A stretch of 64,000 nt of DNA from Candidatus Tepidifontimicrobium thermophilum (GTDB taxonomy: Bacteria; Sysuimicrobiota; Sysuimicrobiia; Sysuimicrobiales; Sysuimicrobiaceae). The notes beneath the pieces are model-generated. The model ran no database searches. It was not told where the DNA came from and worked only from the letters and a program-made list of their open reading frames with translations. Numbering within the stretch: the first letter of the stretch is position 1; each line of letters opens with the position of its first letter. Below, piece by piece: positions 27,255-36,784 of the stretch. The position numbers were made by a program, and so were the translations under genes. Where the stretch lies: positions 187,117 through 251,116 of the forward strand of contig JAVKHO010000001.1 in assembly GCA_031459915.1 (NCBI GenBank), written 5' to 3'.

Positions 27255-28160
27255 TTACGGCCGCGCGCGGGCCAGGGTCGCCTGGGCCATACGCAGGGAG
27301 GCCGCGTCCACCATCTTGCCGTCCACGGTGATGGCCCCTCGGCCGGCGGTCTGAGCCTGCTCGTACGCCGCCACCACCTTCCTTGCCCACTCCACCTCCT
27401 CCTCCGTGGGCGCGAACACCTCGTGCACGACCGGGATCTGGGCGGGGTGGATGCACCACTTTCCGTCGAAGCCCAGACTGCGGGCGACCCGGCACAGCCT
27501 GCGGAAGGCTTCCAGGTCGCGGAACTCCGCGGCAGGCCCGTCGAAGGCGCGCAGCCCCGCTGCGCGGGCCGCCACCACCACCCGCATCATGGGGTAGTGC
27601 CAGCGGTGCCCTGGGTAGACTGCGTCCCACTGGTCCTCGGTCCCGATGGCAGAGCTCGGCATCCCCGCGGAGGCAGCGAAGTCGCCCGGCCCAAAGCTCA
27701 GGGCCTGCAGGCGCGGGCTCGCGGTGGCCAGCTGCTCTACCCGGGCGAGGCCGGAGGCCGTCTCCACCAGGGCGTGGACCCCGATGCGCCTTCGCAGACC
27801 CACCCGTGCCTCGATCTGCCCCATGAGGATGTCCACGAAGCTCACTTCCTCCGGACGGCTCACCTTCGGCACGATGACGCAGTCCAGGTGGTCGCCCGCC
27901 TCCTCGCACACCTCTACCAGATCCCGGTACGCCCACGGCGTGTCCAGACCGTTGATGCGGACCATACGGGTCTTGTCGCCCCAGTCCAGTTCCCGCAACG
28001 CCCGCACCGCGTGCGCTCGCGCGGCGTCCTTCAGGTCCGGCGGGACCGCGTCCTCCAGGTCCAGGAAGACCGCGTCCGCCTGCGAAGCCACCGCCTTCTC
28101 CACCTTGCGGGGCTCCGAAGCGGGTACTGCCAGGATGGACCGCTCCCACCGCTCGTCCAT
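27255..28160 (-). CDS. CitE/HpcH family CoA-ester lyase (malyl-CoA lyase-like)
   Basis: RSILAVP, DLEDAV, VRING, VPKV, VETA, GPGDF, GFDGKWCIHP, GKMVD. Confidence 0.88.
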   Translation of the reverse strand: MDERWERSILAVPASEPRKVEKAVASQADAVFLDLEDAVPPDLKDAARAHAVRALRELDWGDKTRMVRINGLDTPWAYRDLVEVCEEAGDHLDCVIVPKVSRPEEVSFVDILMGQIEARVGLRRRIGVHALVETASGLARVEQLATASPRLQALSFGPGDFAASAGMPSSAIGTEDQWDAVYPGHRWHYPMMRVVVAARAAGLRAFDGPAAEFRDLEAFRRLCRVARSLGFDGKWCIHPAQIPVVHEVFAPTEEEVEWARKVVAAYEQAQTAGRGAITVDGKMVDAASLRMAQATLARARP

Positions 28161-28237
28161 GGCCACCTCCACGGGCCGGTCTGAGACAATGGCACAAGAG
28201 CTTCGGTCCGATTGTACGGCGTGCGGGGAGGTCCCGG

Positions 28238-29686
28238 GTGGAACAGCGCCGCGTGGTCACGGTGGCGGTGATGCTGGGCATGTTCCTGGCGGCCCTGGAC
28301 ACCACCATCGTGGCCACGGCCCTGCCGACCATCGCCCGGGTGCTGGGCGGGTTGGAGCTGTACGCGTGGGTGGTCGCCAGCTACTCGCTGACCCTGACCG
28401 CGGCCACTCCGCTATTTGGCGGTCTGGCAGACCGGTACGGGCGGCGGCCGGTGTACCTGTTGGGGGTGGCGACTTTTCTCGCGGGTTCGGCCCTGTGCGG
28501 GGCCGCGCGGTCGATGCCGGAGCTGGTGTTGTTCCGCGCCGTGCAGGGTGTCGGGGGCGGAGCGCTGCTGCCCGTGGCCATCACCATCGTGGGCGACCTG
28601 TTCAGCCTGGAGGAGCGGGCCCGCGTTCAGGGCCTGTTCAGCGGTGTGTGGGGTGTGGCGAGCGTGGTGGGACCGTTGCTGGGCGGGTTCCTGGTGGACC
28701 GGGGGTCGTGGCGGTGGATCTTCTACGCCAACCTGCCGCTGGGGCTGGTGACCCTGTGGGTGGTGGCGCGGAAGTACCGGGAGCCGCCGGTGCGGGTCGA
28801 GGGCCGGGTGGACGTGGTGGGGGCAGCGCTGCTGGTGGCGTGCGTGGTGGTGGGCCTGTGGAGCCTGGAGCGCGCGTCCTCCGCTCCGGGTCTGGTTCTG
28901 TCCGGGTTGCTGGCTGCCGCCTTCGTGGCGTGGGAGTCCCGGTCGCCCCACCCGGTCGTCCCCTTGCGTCTGTTCCGGAACCGGCTGGTCAGCGCGGCTT
29001 CCGTGACCGGCTTTCTGGTGGGCGCGGCGTTGTTCGGGAGCCTGTACTACGTGCCGCTGTTCGTGCAGGGGGTGCAGGGCAGGGGGCCCACGGAGGCGGG
29101 CGCGGTCCTGACCCCGCTCATGCTGGCGTGGACCGCGGCCAGCAGCCTGGGTGGGCGGCTGGCCCTGCGGTTCGGGTTCCGGCGGGTGGCCGTGGCGGGC
29201 GGGGTGCTGCTGGTGGCGGGGTTCACGGTGCTGGTCGGAATGCCGGCGGCTGCGTCCGCGGCCCCGGTGCGGTGGGCCACGGCGCTCCTGGGGACCGGCA
29301 TGGGCCTGGTGGTCCTGGTCACGGTGCTGGCGGTACAGAGCTCCGTCCCCTACACGGAGCGGGGCCTGGCCACCTCCCTGACCCTGTTCTTCCGCAGCAT
29401 CGGCGGCGCGGTGGGCGTGAGCGTGCTGGGCAGCCTGATGGTCAGACGGTTGTGGGCTGCAGGGGTCGAGGTGGGCCAGCTGCGGGGGTTGCTGGACCCC
29501 GTGGAACGGCTGGCGCTGGGACCCGAGGTGCTAGAGCCCCTGCGGGTTCACCTGGCGGCGGGGCTGGAGGTGGTGTTTACCGCGTCCCTGGTCCTGAGCG
29601 GGTTGGCGTTGCTTTCCCTCCGCGCGTTCCCAGCAGGGCCGGTTTCAGAATCCGCAGGCGGGCCGGTGGGAGAGGCGGCGGACTGA
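28238..29686 (+). CDS. MFS drug:H+ antiporter (EmrB/QacA, DHA2)
   Basis: LDTTIVATALP, LADRYGRR, RAVQGVGGG, WRWIFYANLP. Confidence 0.92.
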   Translation: MEQRRVVTVAVMLGMFLAALDTTIVATALPTIARVLGGLELYAWVVASYSLTLTAATPLFGGLADRYGRRPVYLLGVATFLAGSALCGAARSMPELVLFRAVQGVGGGALLPVAITIVGDLFSLEERARVQGLFSGVWGVASVVGPLLGGFLVDRGSWRWIFYANLPLGLVTLWVVARKYREPPVRVEGRVDVVGAALLVACVVVGLWSLERASSAPGLVLSGLLAAAFVAWESRSPHPVVPLRLFRNRLVSAASVTGFLVGAALFGSLYYVPLFVQGVQGRGPTEAGAVLTPLMLAWTAASSLGGRLALRFGFRRVAVAGGVLLVAGFTVLVGMPAAASAAPVRWATALLGTGMGLVVLVTVLAVQSSVPYTERGLATSLTLFFRSIGGAVGVSVLGSLMVRRLWAAGVEVGQLRGLLDPVERLALGPEVLEPLRVHLAAGLEVVFTASLVLSGLALLSLRAFPAGPVSESAGGPVGEAAD

Positions 29687-29687
29687 A

Positions 29688-30608
29688 CTACAGCCCCCGG
29701 GCCGCGGCTAGCACCTCCTGCCCCAGCCCTTCCAGGAACTCTGGGTCGGTGTTCAGGGAGTCCGTGCGCCCGAAGACCAAGCCGAGGCTGGCCGCGCGTT
29801 CGGCGGCCTCCACGTCCAGGTCGTACAGGATCTCCAGGTGGTCGGCCACGAATCCCACGGGTACCGCCAGCACCTGCCGGCGGCCGGCTTGGGCCAGCTC
29901 GTCCAGCACGTCCAGGATGTCGGGCCCCAGCCACCGGAAGGGGGTATGTCCCGCGCTCTGGTAACACAGCCTCCAGCGGGGAATCCGGAGTCGGTCCACC
30001 AGGGCCTGCGCCGTCTCCTGCAACGTGCGGGGGTACGGGTCGTTCCACTCCAGGATGCGCTCCGGCAGGCTGTGGGCCGTGAACAGCACCTCTGTGGCCG
30101 GGGGGTCCGGGTCGGGGAAGCGCGCGAGCCCGGAACGTATGCGGCGCTCCACCGCGGCGAGGTAACCGGGGTTCAGGTGCCAGGAGCGGATGACCCGCAG
30201 CCGCAGGTCAGGGACGGACCGAAAGGCGGGCTGCGCGTAGTCCAGGTACTCGTCCACGATCATGCGGGACTCGTGCGGCGCCAGCACCAGGGCCACCACT
30301 TCGCGCAGCCCGTCCTGCACCATCCGTGCGGCCACGTCCCCGACAAACGGCGGGCTGTGCTTCATCGCCAGGTAGACCCGGAAGGTTCCGGGAGACTGCC
30401 GGTCCAGGACCGCCTGGAGCCCGCGGGCCTGTGCTTCGGTGATCTCCCGCAGGGGCGAGGCGCCGCCGATCCTCCGGTAGCGCTCGCGAAGGTCGGCCAC
30501 CTCCTCGGGCGAGGGCGCCCGTCCACGCCGGATGTGGGTGAAGTACGCCTCCACCTCCTCCAGGTTTCGGGGAGTCCCGTACGCCATGAGCAGCACGCCG
30601 ACGGTCAC
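29688..30608 (-). CDS. hemH: Coproporphyrin/protoporphyrin ferrochelatase
   Basis: LLMAYGTP, GGASPL, FTAHSLP, QSAG..WLGPD, GFVADHLEILYDLD; GTG 30608. Confidence 0.93.
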   Translation of the reverse strand: MTVGVLLMAYGTPRNLEEVEAYFTHIRRGRAPSPEEVADLRERYRRIGGASPLREITEAQARGLQAVLDRQSPGTFRVYLAMKHSPPFVGDVAARMVQDGLREVVALVLAPHESRMIVDEYLDYAQPAFRSVPDLRLRVIRSWHLNPGYLAAVERRIRSGLARFPDPDPPATEVLFTAHSLPERILEWNDPYPRTLQETAQALVDRLRIPRWRLCYQSAGHTPFRWLGPDILDVLDELAQAGRRQVLAVPVGFVADHLEILYDLDVEAAERAASLGLVFGRTDSLNTDPEFLEGLGQEVLAAARGL

Positions 30609-31615
30609 GCGCGTCTCCCCCTTTCGTGCACCCACTCCACCAGCTCCGCCAGCCGGTCGGGGTCGGTTTCCGGCATCACCCCGTGGCCGAGGTTGAAGAT
30701 GTGACCGCGCAATACCCGGCCCTGGGCCACGATGCGGGACGCCTCCGCGCGCAGGGCCTGTCGGTCTCCCAGCAGCCGTGCGGGGTCGAGGTTTCCTTGG
30801 ATGGCCTTCCCGCCCAGGACGGCCGCGGCCTCGGACAGCGGCACCCGCCAGTCCACGCCGACCACCTCCGCGGGCAGCTCCCGGAACTCCGCCAGCAGGT
30901 GCGCGCACCCCGTGGCGAAGTAGATCCGCGGGACCCCGTCCAAGGTCCGCAGCAGCTGCACCAGGTAGGGCCGCACCGCCCACCGGAAGTCCTCCGCGGA
31001 CAGGACCCCCACCCACGAGTCGAACAGCTGGACCAGCTGCGCGCCCGCCTGCACCTGGGCCCGGACGTACGCGGCAAGATTGGTGGTCAGACGCGCGGCC
31101 AGGGCGTGCCACACCTCGGGACGGCTGTGCAGCAGGGCCCGGGTCCGCGGCCAGTCTCGGGACGGTCCCCCTTCTACCAGGTAGGCGGCCACGGTGAACG
31201 GCGCCCCCGCAAACCCCACCAGGGGGCGGTCCAGGGCGGCTCTCACCAGACGCACGGTCTGCGGCACGAACTCCACGGCTTCCAGGTCGAGCTCGGGAAG
31301 CTGCGCCAGCCGGTCGACGGGGACCGGCGTGGGGAGGACCGGGCCGCGGCCCTCCGCGAGCTCGAACTCCAGGCCCATCCCCCACAGGGGCACCAGCAGG
31401 TCGGTGAACAGGATGGCGGCGTCCACGTCCATGCGGCGCAGAGGCTGCAGGGTGACCTGTGCGGCCAGCTCCGGCTCGCGGCACAGCTCCGCCAGGGAGT
31501 AGCGCTCCCGGAGCCTCCGGTACTCCGGGAGGTAACGCCCCGCCTGCCGCAGGAACCACACCGGCGTGGTGTCCACAGGCTGCCCCAGGGCGGCGCGCAA
31601 CACGCGGTCCCTCAC
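30605..31615 (-). CDS. hemE: Uroporphyrinogen decarboxylase
   Basis: PVWFLRQAGRYLPEY, GFAGAPFT, QLFDSW, QGNLDP, FNLGHG; GTG 31615. Confidence 0.95.
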   Translation of the reverse strand: MRDRVLRAALGQPVDTTPVWFLRQAGRYLPEYRRLRERYSLAELCREPELAAQVTLQPLRRMDVDAAILFTDLLVPLWGMGLEFELAEGRGPVLPTPVPVDRLAQLPELDLEAVEFVPQTVRLVRAALDRPLVGFAGAPFTVAAYLVEGGPSRDWPRTRALLHSRPEVWHALAARLTTNLAAYVRAQVQAGAQLVQLFDSWVGVLSAEDFRWAVRPYLVQLLRTLDGVPRIYFATGCAHLLAEFRELPAEVVGVDWRVPLSEAAAVLGGKAIQGNLDPARLLGDRQALRAEASRIVAQGRVLRGHIFNLGHGVMPETDPDRLAELVEWVHERGRRA

Positions 31616-32034
31616 CGGCGGCCTCCCAGCAGCGTGGCGAAGTACAGCACCGACACCAGCACCACCAGGTTCGCCCGCGCCAGGACGGTGGCCCACCGGG
31701 GCGACAGGCGCCCCCGCGCGGCCGCCGGTGCGGCCCAGAAGTCGTGCGCGGCCTTGAGGGCCACCGCCAGCGCCACGAGGCCCAGCTTGTCCCGCAGCAC
31801 CGGCTGGGCCGGATCCCAGCCGGAGAACAGGAAGACCGTGCCCGTTGCCACCAGCACCACCACCGCCAGCCAGGACAGGCCGCGGAAACGGAGCCCTAGC
31901 ACGCGGAAGGCCTGGGCGCCCTCCGGGCCACGGCGGCGCAGGGCCGGGGCCGCCCACGCGAACAGCACGTATCCGCCCACCCACACCGCGGCGGCCAGCA
32001 GGTGCAAAAACACGGCGAGCCGGTAGGCAGTCAT
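31612..32034 (-). CDS. Small 4-TM CopD/DUF4149-like membrane protein
   Basis: FLHLLAAAVWVGG, KLGLV, HDF; translationally coupled within the heme operon. Confidence 0.75.
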   Translation of the reverse strand: MTAYRLAVFLHLLAAAVWVGGYVLFAWAAPALRRRGPEGAQAFRVLGLRFRGLSWLAVVVLVATGTVFLFSGWDPAQPVLRDKLGLVALAVALKAAHDFWAAPAAARGRLSPRWATVLARANLVVLVSVLYFATLLGGRR

Positions 32035-32495
32035 GGGGGCGCCTGCGGGAGGGCGTCCAGGGGGACCTGGCGGCGTACGCCCCAGCCGAAGTCCTCCTCG
32101 GACAGGACGTACGCGCGCTCCGGCCGTAGGGCGAACAACCGGATCTGGCCCGTTCCCCGGATCGCAGGCCACAGGGGGAACCTCCCTCGGGCAGAGGGGA
32201 AACGCTGCAGGTACACCCGGATGGCGCGCACCGCCTCGCGCCCAGCCAACGGCCGCGCGGTCCCCTCCAGCTGCACCCCCCGCAGCGGCCGGGTCTGGTC
32301 CGGGTGGATCGCCGCGGCCACCCGAGGGCAGGCCAGAAGGTCCCTTGCGTGCCGCGTACTCAGCCGCGACATGAACACCAGCTCGGGACCGGGTTGCAGG
32401 GCGTACAGCACCGGAGCCGCCCACGGCCCGTCCGCCGAGCACGTGGCCAGGGTCATGACGCGGTTCTCCTCCAGCAGCTGCCGGAAGACGTCCAC
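32031..32495 (-). CDS. Pyridoxamine 5'-phosphate oxidase-like split-barrel protein
   Basis: MTLAT..GPWAAPVLYA, STRHAR, RGVQLEG. Confidence 0.8.
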   Translation of the reverse strand: MDVFRQLLEENRVMTLATCSADGPWAAPVLYALQPGPELVFMSRLSTRHARDLLACPRVAAAIHPDQTRPLRGVQLEGTARPLAGREAVRAIRVYLQRFPSARGRFPLWPAIRGTGQIRLFALRPERAYVLSEEDFGWGVRRQVPLDALPQAPP

Positions 32496-32517
32496 CGCCC
32501 GCAGGTCCGCGGGCGCT

Positions 32518-33180
32518 TCAGGGCGTCTGGAAGACGTGGCGAACGACCTCCTCCAGGCTCCCGTGGCGCGCGGTGAAGATCGGGGTGTCCCGCAGGGTGT
32601 AGGGCCGCGCCGCGGTGCTCCGCAGGCTCGTGACGAGTTCGAGGAAGCGCTCGGGGTCGTCCGTCTCGTAGCCCACCACGAACTCCCAGTCGCTCAGTCC
32701 CGTGCTGTACAGCAGGATCTGTTCGATCCCTTCGAATCCGTGCCCGACCCGGGCGTGTTCCAGCATCATCTGCCGCCGGTCCTCTGCGGGCAACTGGTAC
32801 CACTCGTGGGTCTTGCTGAAGGGGTAAACCACCAGGTAGCGCTTGCGGGGACCCGGGACCTGGACGCTCGTGCCGCTGCGTCCGGTGTACTGGGACGGGC
32901 GGACGAAGCCCCACAGGGCGCACACGCAGCGCAGGTCAGTACCCAGAAGGGACTCTGCCGCCCTCTGGTAGGGCTCCAGCTCCTGGGCCGCGACCCACAG
33001 CCCGAGGTCCACGCCCGAGCGGAGCCCCACCAGGTCGTACGTGTAGACGGCAGCCACGCCGGAGACCGCTGCGGCGCGTTCCACCGCCTCCCGCACTCGG
33101 GCGGCCTGCTGGGACGTCCGGTATCCGGGCGGCACCTCGTAGAAGAGGAAGCCGTGCACGCGGGGCTCGGCCATGTGCAT
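32518..33180 (-). CDS. hemQ: Coproheme decarboxylase (chlorite dismutase-like)
   Basis: YPFSKTHEWY, MMLEH (proximal His), YSTGLSDWEFVV; upstream of hemE-hemH. Confidence 0.85.
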   Translation of the reverse strand: MHMAEPRVHGFLFYEVPPGYRTSQQAARVREAVERAAAVSGVAAVYTYDLVGLRSGVDLGLWVAAQELEPYQRAAESLLGTDLRCVCALWGFVRPSQYTGRSGTSVQVPGPRKRYLVVYPFSKTHEWYQLPAEDRRQMMLEHARVGHGFEGIEQILLYSTGLSDWEFVVGYETDDPERFLELVTSLRSTAARPYTLRDTPIFTARHGSLEEVVRHVFQTP

Positions 33181-33203
33181 CCCCCGAGCGCTAGGGAGCG
33201 GCT

Positions 33204-33617
33204 TTACGCACGGCGCGCGGCCCGGCGCCGCCGGGATGCGCTAGGCCGGGGACTGCGGCGGGCCCGCACCGCCGGACGCCCCCGGCGGCGCAGGCCCCTG
33301 CGGAGCGCCGCCACGTCCTCCGTCCGGACCGCGTAGGACCGTCCCTGCCGCGTGGCGGGCAGCTTACCCTGCCGGATGTACTTGTACACCGTCAGGCGGC
33401 TCACCCCGAGGCGCCGGGCGGCCTCCTCCGCGCGGATCCAGTTGGCCGGGGCCTCAGCCGGTGCCGGGGGCTGCGTCACAGGGCCCGTGTCCGCCACCGC
33501 CCGCAGGGCCGCGGCGGTACGCCGGATGGCTTCCTCGATCTCCCGAGGCCCCATCCTCCGCTGCGCCGCCTGCGCCTTCACGATCTCCACCGTCATCTCC
33601 AGGATGGACGACACCAT
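33204..33617 (-). CDS. DNA-binding protein: MucR/Ros-like N-terminal helices, excisionase-type HTH and Arg-rich tail
   Basis: ILEMTVEIVKAQ..EIEEAIRR; EEAARRLGVSRLTVYKYIRQGKLPA; ATG 33617 with AGGAGG. Confidence 0.75.
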   Translation of the reverse strand: MVSSILEMTVEIVKAQAAQRRMGPREIEEAIRRTAAALRAVADTGPVTQPPAPAEAPANWIRAEEAARRLGVSRLTVYKYIRQGKLPATRQGRSYAVRTEDVAALRRGLRRRGRPAVRARRSPRPSASRRRRAARRA

Positions 33618-33853
33618 GAACCTCCTGCCTCGTCGGACTGTGCCCTCCCTCCCTCGGGCGAGGCAACACCAATACGATACCGCACGCTTTCGATGCCGTG
33701 CACCATGGGAGCCACCGCTGCACTTGGGCCCGGCCCAGACCCCTGGCGGGTCAACGGCGCGCGGGATCTGGCGTGGTGGGCGATCTCCCCTTCGGGGCGA
33801 CCTGTAGCGCGCTCCCACGGCGCAGCCGGCGCCGAAGCCCGCGGCGGGACGTT

Positions 33854-33882
33854 TTGACACCCCTACCGCCCTCGCCCATACT
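33854..33882 (+). promoter_or_regulatory. Sigma70-type promoter of the prkA operon
   Basis: TTGACA-17 bp-CATACT. Confidence 0.7.
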
Positions 33883-33963
33883 TGCGGCAAAGCACGTGGC
33901 CCGTGCCGGTTCAAGGACCGCAAGGGCCTGCCGATCTAGGGGTTTGGGGGAGTCGCGAGGGCG

Positions 33964-35625
33964 ATGGAGATCCGGACCGTGGGGGCCTACCTGCAGGCGG
34001 CGGCGCACGACGACCGCCTGACCCGCACCACGCACCACTACATCGCGGACATGCTCGAGTACTTCGGCCCGGAGAAGGTGTTCGAGGGGATCTACGGGAT
34101 GCGCCGCCAGCTGGAGGACATCGTGAACTTCTTCCGGGCCCACTCCATGGCCATGGAACGCCGGCTGCTGCTCCTGGTGGGGCCCCAGGGGTCCGGGAAG
34201 AGCATGACCGTGGACAAGCTCAAGCGGGCGTTGGAGGAGTACTCCCGTACGGAGGCGGGCCGCATCTACGCGGTGGAGGGGTGTCCGTTCCACCAGCACC
34301 CCTTCGACCTGGTCCCCCAGGAGGTGCTGCGGGCCCGGGGCTTCCACTGGCACGAGGAGGCCGTGCCGTGTCCGGTGTGCGACCGGCTCATCCATCGCCA
34401 CGGGGGCTGGGAGCACGTCCCGGTGCAGCGGATCGAGCTGTCCGCGCGGAAGAAGGTGGGGATCGCCAAACACACGCCCACGGACCTCCGCCGCGAGGAC
34501 ATCACGAACTTCGTGGGCAACATCAACTTCGCCATGCTGAAGGAGCGGGGGTCCACCTACGACCCCGACGCCTACGACTTCGAGGGGAAGATCATCTGGG
34601 CCAACCGGGGGATCCTGGACTGGACGGAGGTGTTCAAGAGCCGCCGCCAGCTACTGTCCCTGCTGCTGGAGCTCATCCAGTCCAAGCGGATCGACCTCGC
34701 CAACTTCCCCACGGTTCACGTGGACTGCGTGGTCATCGGCCACTCCAACTACCCGGAGTACAACGTGTTCCTGTCCGAGGACATCATGGAACCCCTCCGG
34801 GGCCGGATCCACAAGATCGACTTTCCGTACAACCTGGACCTGGCGGGGGAGATGGAGATCTACCGGCAGCTGGTGGAGCGGGCGAACCGGGTCCGGGGGG
34901 AACGCAAGCACGCGCCCCAGGACGTGTACGAGCTGGCAGCCCGCTACGCCCTCAAGACGCGCGCGGACTCCGGCGGGATGAAGGGGCTGAGCCCGCGGTT
35001 CTTCGAGGACGCGTTCTCCACCGCCTACGTGCGGGCGGACCGGTGCCTGGACCTGGAGGTGCTGAGCGAGGCCATCGAGCGGACCTTCGAGCACCAGTCC
35101 CTGAAGGACCTGAACCTGAAGGAACTGCTCCGGCAGTTCGAGGAGACGAAGATGGAGTTCGTCCACGAGAAGGTCTGCCTGATCGTGGAGCGGATCGTAC
35201 CGGAGCACTTCTTCGACTACGGCCAGAACCTGTACCGGAACTACCTGGACGCGGTGCGCCGGAGCGTGGTGGGCGAGCCCCTGGCGGAGCGGGAGAAGGA
35301 GCTGGTGGACGAGGTGGAGGGGATCCTGGTCCACAAGCGGCAGATCAGCCGGCAGGGGCGGGTGGCCTTCCAGAACGTCCTGGCGGAGCGGTACGAGGAG
35401 CTGTGGGAGATGCCCTACACGGAGAACGAGCACCTCCGCCCCGTGATCAACGAGGTGGTGTTCAACAAGATCAAGAACTGCCTCCGGCTGTACGACAAGA
35501 CGGACGACCTGGACCCCACCAGCCGGGAACTGCTGGAGGTGCTGTACCGCAGCGCGCTCTCGGAGCACGGGTACTGCGAGGTGTGCGCCCGCAGCCTGTT
35601 CCGGATCCTCGGGCGGAGCGTGTGA
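33964..35625 (+). CDS. prkA: PrkA/YeaG family AAA+ protein (annotated Ser kinase)
   Basis: LLLLVGPQGSGKS, GCPFHQHP, DPDAYDFEG, ANRGILDWTEVFK, PYNL, GLSPRF. Confidence 0.85.
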   Translation: MEIRTVGAYLQAAAHDDRLTRTTHHYIADMLEYFGPEKVFEGIYGMRRQLEDIVNFFRAHSMAMERRLLLLVGPQGSGKSMTVDKLKRALEEYSRTEAGRIYAVEGCPFHQHPFDLVPQEVLRARGFHWHEEAVPCPVCDRLIHRHGGWEHVPVQRIELSARKKVGIAKHTPTDLRREDITNFVGNINFAMLKERGSTYDPDAYDFEGKIIWANRGILDWTEVFKSRRQLLSLLLELIQSKRIDLANFPTVHVDCVVIGHSNYPEYNVFLSEDIMEPLRGRIHKIDFPYNLDLAGEMEIYRQLVERANRVRGERKHAPQDVYELAARYALKTRADSGGMKGLSPRFFEDAFSTAYVRADRCLDLEVLSEAIERTFEHQSLKDLNLKELLRQFEETKMEFVHEKVCLIVERIVPEHFFDYGQNLYRNYLDAVRRSVVGEPLAEREKELVDEVEGILVHKRQISRQGRVAFQNVLAERYEELWEMPYTENEHLRPVINEVVFNKIKNCLRLYDKTDDLDPTSRELLEVLYRSALSEHGYCEVCARSLFRILGRSV

Positions 35626-35632
35626 GGGGGTC

Positions 35633-36784
35633 ATGCGGATCCACCGGGGGCGCATCGCCCAGCACAAGCACGACGAGCTTCTCCGGACGTACCTGAAGCA
35701 GAACCTCCACGAGCTGATCCAGCAGAAGGAGCTGGTGGTGGACGGCAAGGTGAAGACCCAGCTGTCCACCCTGGACCTGCCCACCCTGCGATACGGGGAC
35801 GACGAAGCGTACCTGGCTCAGGGGGCGGGCGGGTCCGGTCGGGGCGGGGGCGGGGACGAGGGGGCCCAGGCCGTGGGGGGCTTGCTGGGCGGCGACCACC
35901 ACGGGCCGGAGGTGCGGGTAGAGCTGGACTTCGACGAGTTCGTGCGGCTGGCGCAGGAGGTGTTGCTGGAGGAACTGGAGCTGCCGGCCCTCCAGCGGGT
36001 CCCGCGGGGCGGGGAGGTGGAGACGGAGGACCTGCCGGAGCTGGACGACCTGGACCGGATCGGCCTGTCCGCGGACCTGAACCTGGAGGAGACGTTGCTG
36101 GCGAGCCTGATGCGCAACGTGCGGGAGCGGGGGGTCTTGGACTACGACGTGGACGTGCGGCAGGACGGGTGGTACTTCGTCGAAGACCCCCGGGCGGCCC
36201 GCAACCACCGCTCCCTGGAGGTCTACGTGCTGGACATCTCCGGGTCCATGCGGGGGGACTACCTGGCGCTGGTCCGCAAGACCATCTTCCTCCTGTGGTA
36301 CGCCCTGGAACGGCGGTACCCCACCAACCTCCGGCGCTACGTGGTCTTCCAGGACGTGGCGGAGGAGAAGACCCGGGAGGAGTTCTTCTCGGTGGAGAGC
36401 AGCGGGGGGACCCACATCTCGTCGGGGTTCGAGAAGGCCATGGAGATGCTGGAGGGGGTGTCGGAGTACGACACCTACCTGTTCCTGTTCACGGACGGCG
36501 AGACCAGCAGCGGGGACTTCGAGCTGGCCAAGCGGAAGTACGAGGAGGCCCTGGACCGGTTCGACCTGGTGTGCTACGGGCACGTGAACCCGGGCAGCCG
36601 GGGGGTCGGTGGGTTCAGCGAGTACGTGCAGGAGGTGGCGCGGCGGCGGCCCAACGCCACCTTCGCAAACCTGGTGGATCTGGACTCGGTGCGGGAGGCC
36701 CTCCGGGAGTTCCTCACTCGGGTGGACGGGGGAGGCAGAGGGTGCGGGAGTACGAGGCGGTCATCGCGCGGGTGGAGGAACTAG
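35633..36784 (+). CDS. YeaH/YhbH (DUF444) vWA-like protein
   Basis: Gly-rich linker, EELELP, LDISGSM (MIDAS-like), ESSGGTHISS, FTDGE. Confidence 0.85.
   Translation: MRIHRGRIAQHKHDELLRTYLKQNLHELIQQKELVVDGKVKTQLSTLDLPTLRYGDDEAYLAQGAGGSGRGGGGDEGAQAVGGLLGGDHHGPEVRVELDFDEFVRLAQEVLLEELELPALQRVPRGGEVETEDLPELDDLDRIGLSADLNLEETLLASLMRNVRERGVLDYDVDVRQDGWYFVEDPRAARNHRSLEVYVLDISGSMRGDYLALVRKTIFLLWYALERRYPTNLRRYVVFQDVAEEKTREEFFSVESSGGTHISSGFEKAMEMLEGVSEYDTYLFLFTDGETSSGDFELAKRKYEEALDRFDLVCYGHVNPGSRGVGGFSEYVQEVARRRPNATFANLVDLDSVREALREFLTRVDGGGRGCGSTRRSSRGWRN

Noticed and set aside
32518..33180. Chlorite dismutase (perchlorate respiration)
   Set aside because: The hemE/ferrochelatase context, the YPFxK motif and the lack of a signal peptide favour coproheme decarboxylase.
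33204..33617. Excisionase as evidence of a prophage or ICE
   Set aside because: It is a standalone HTH among housekeeping genes, with no integrase, att sites or phage genes.
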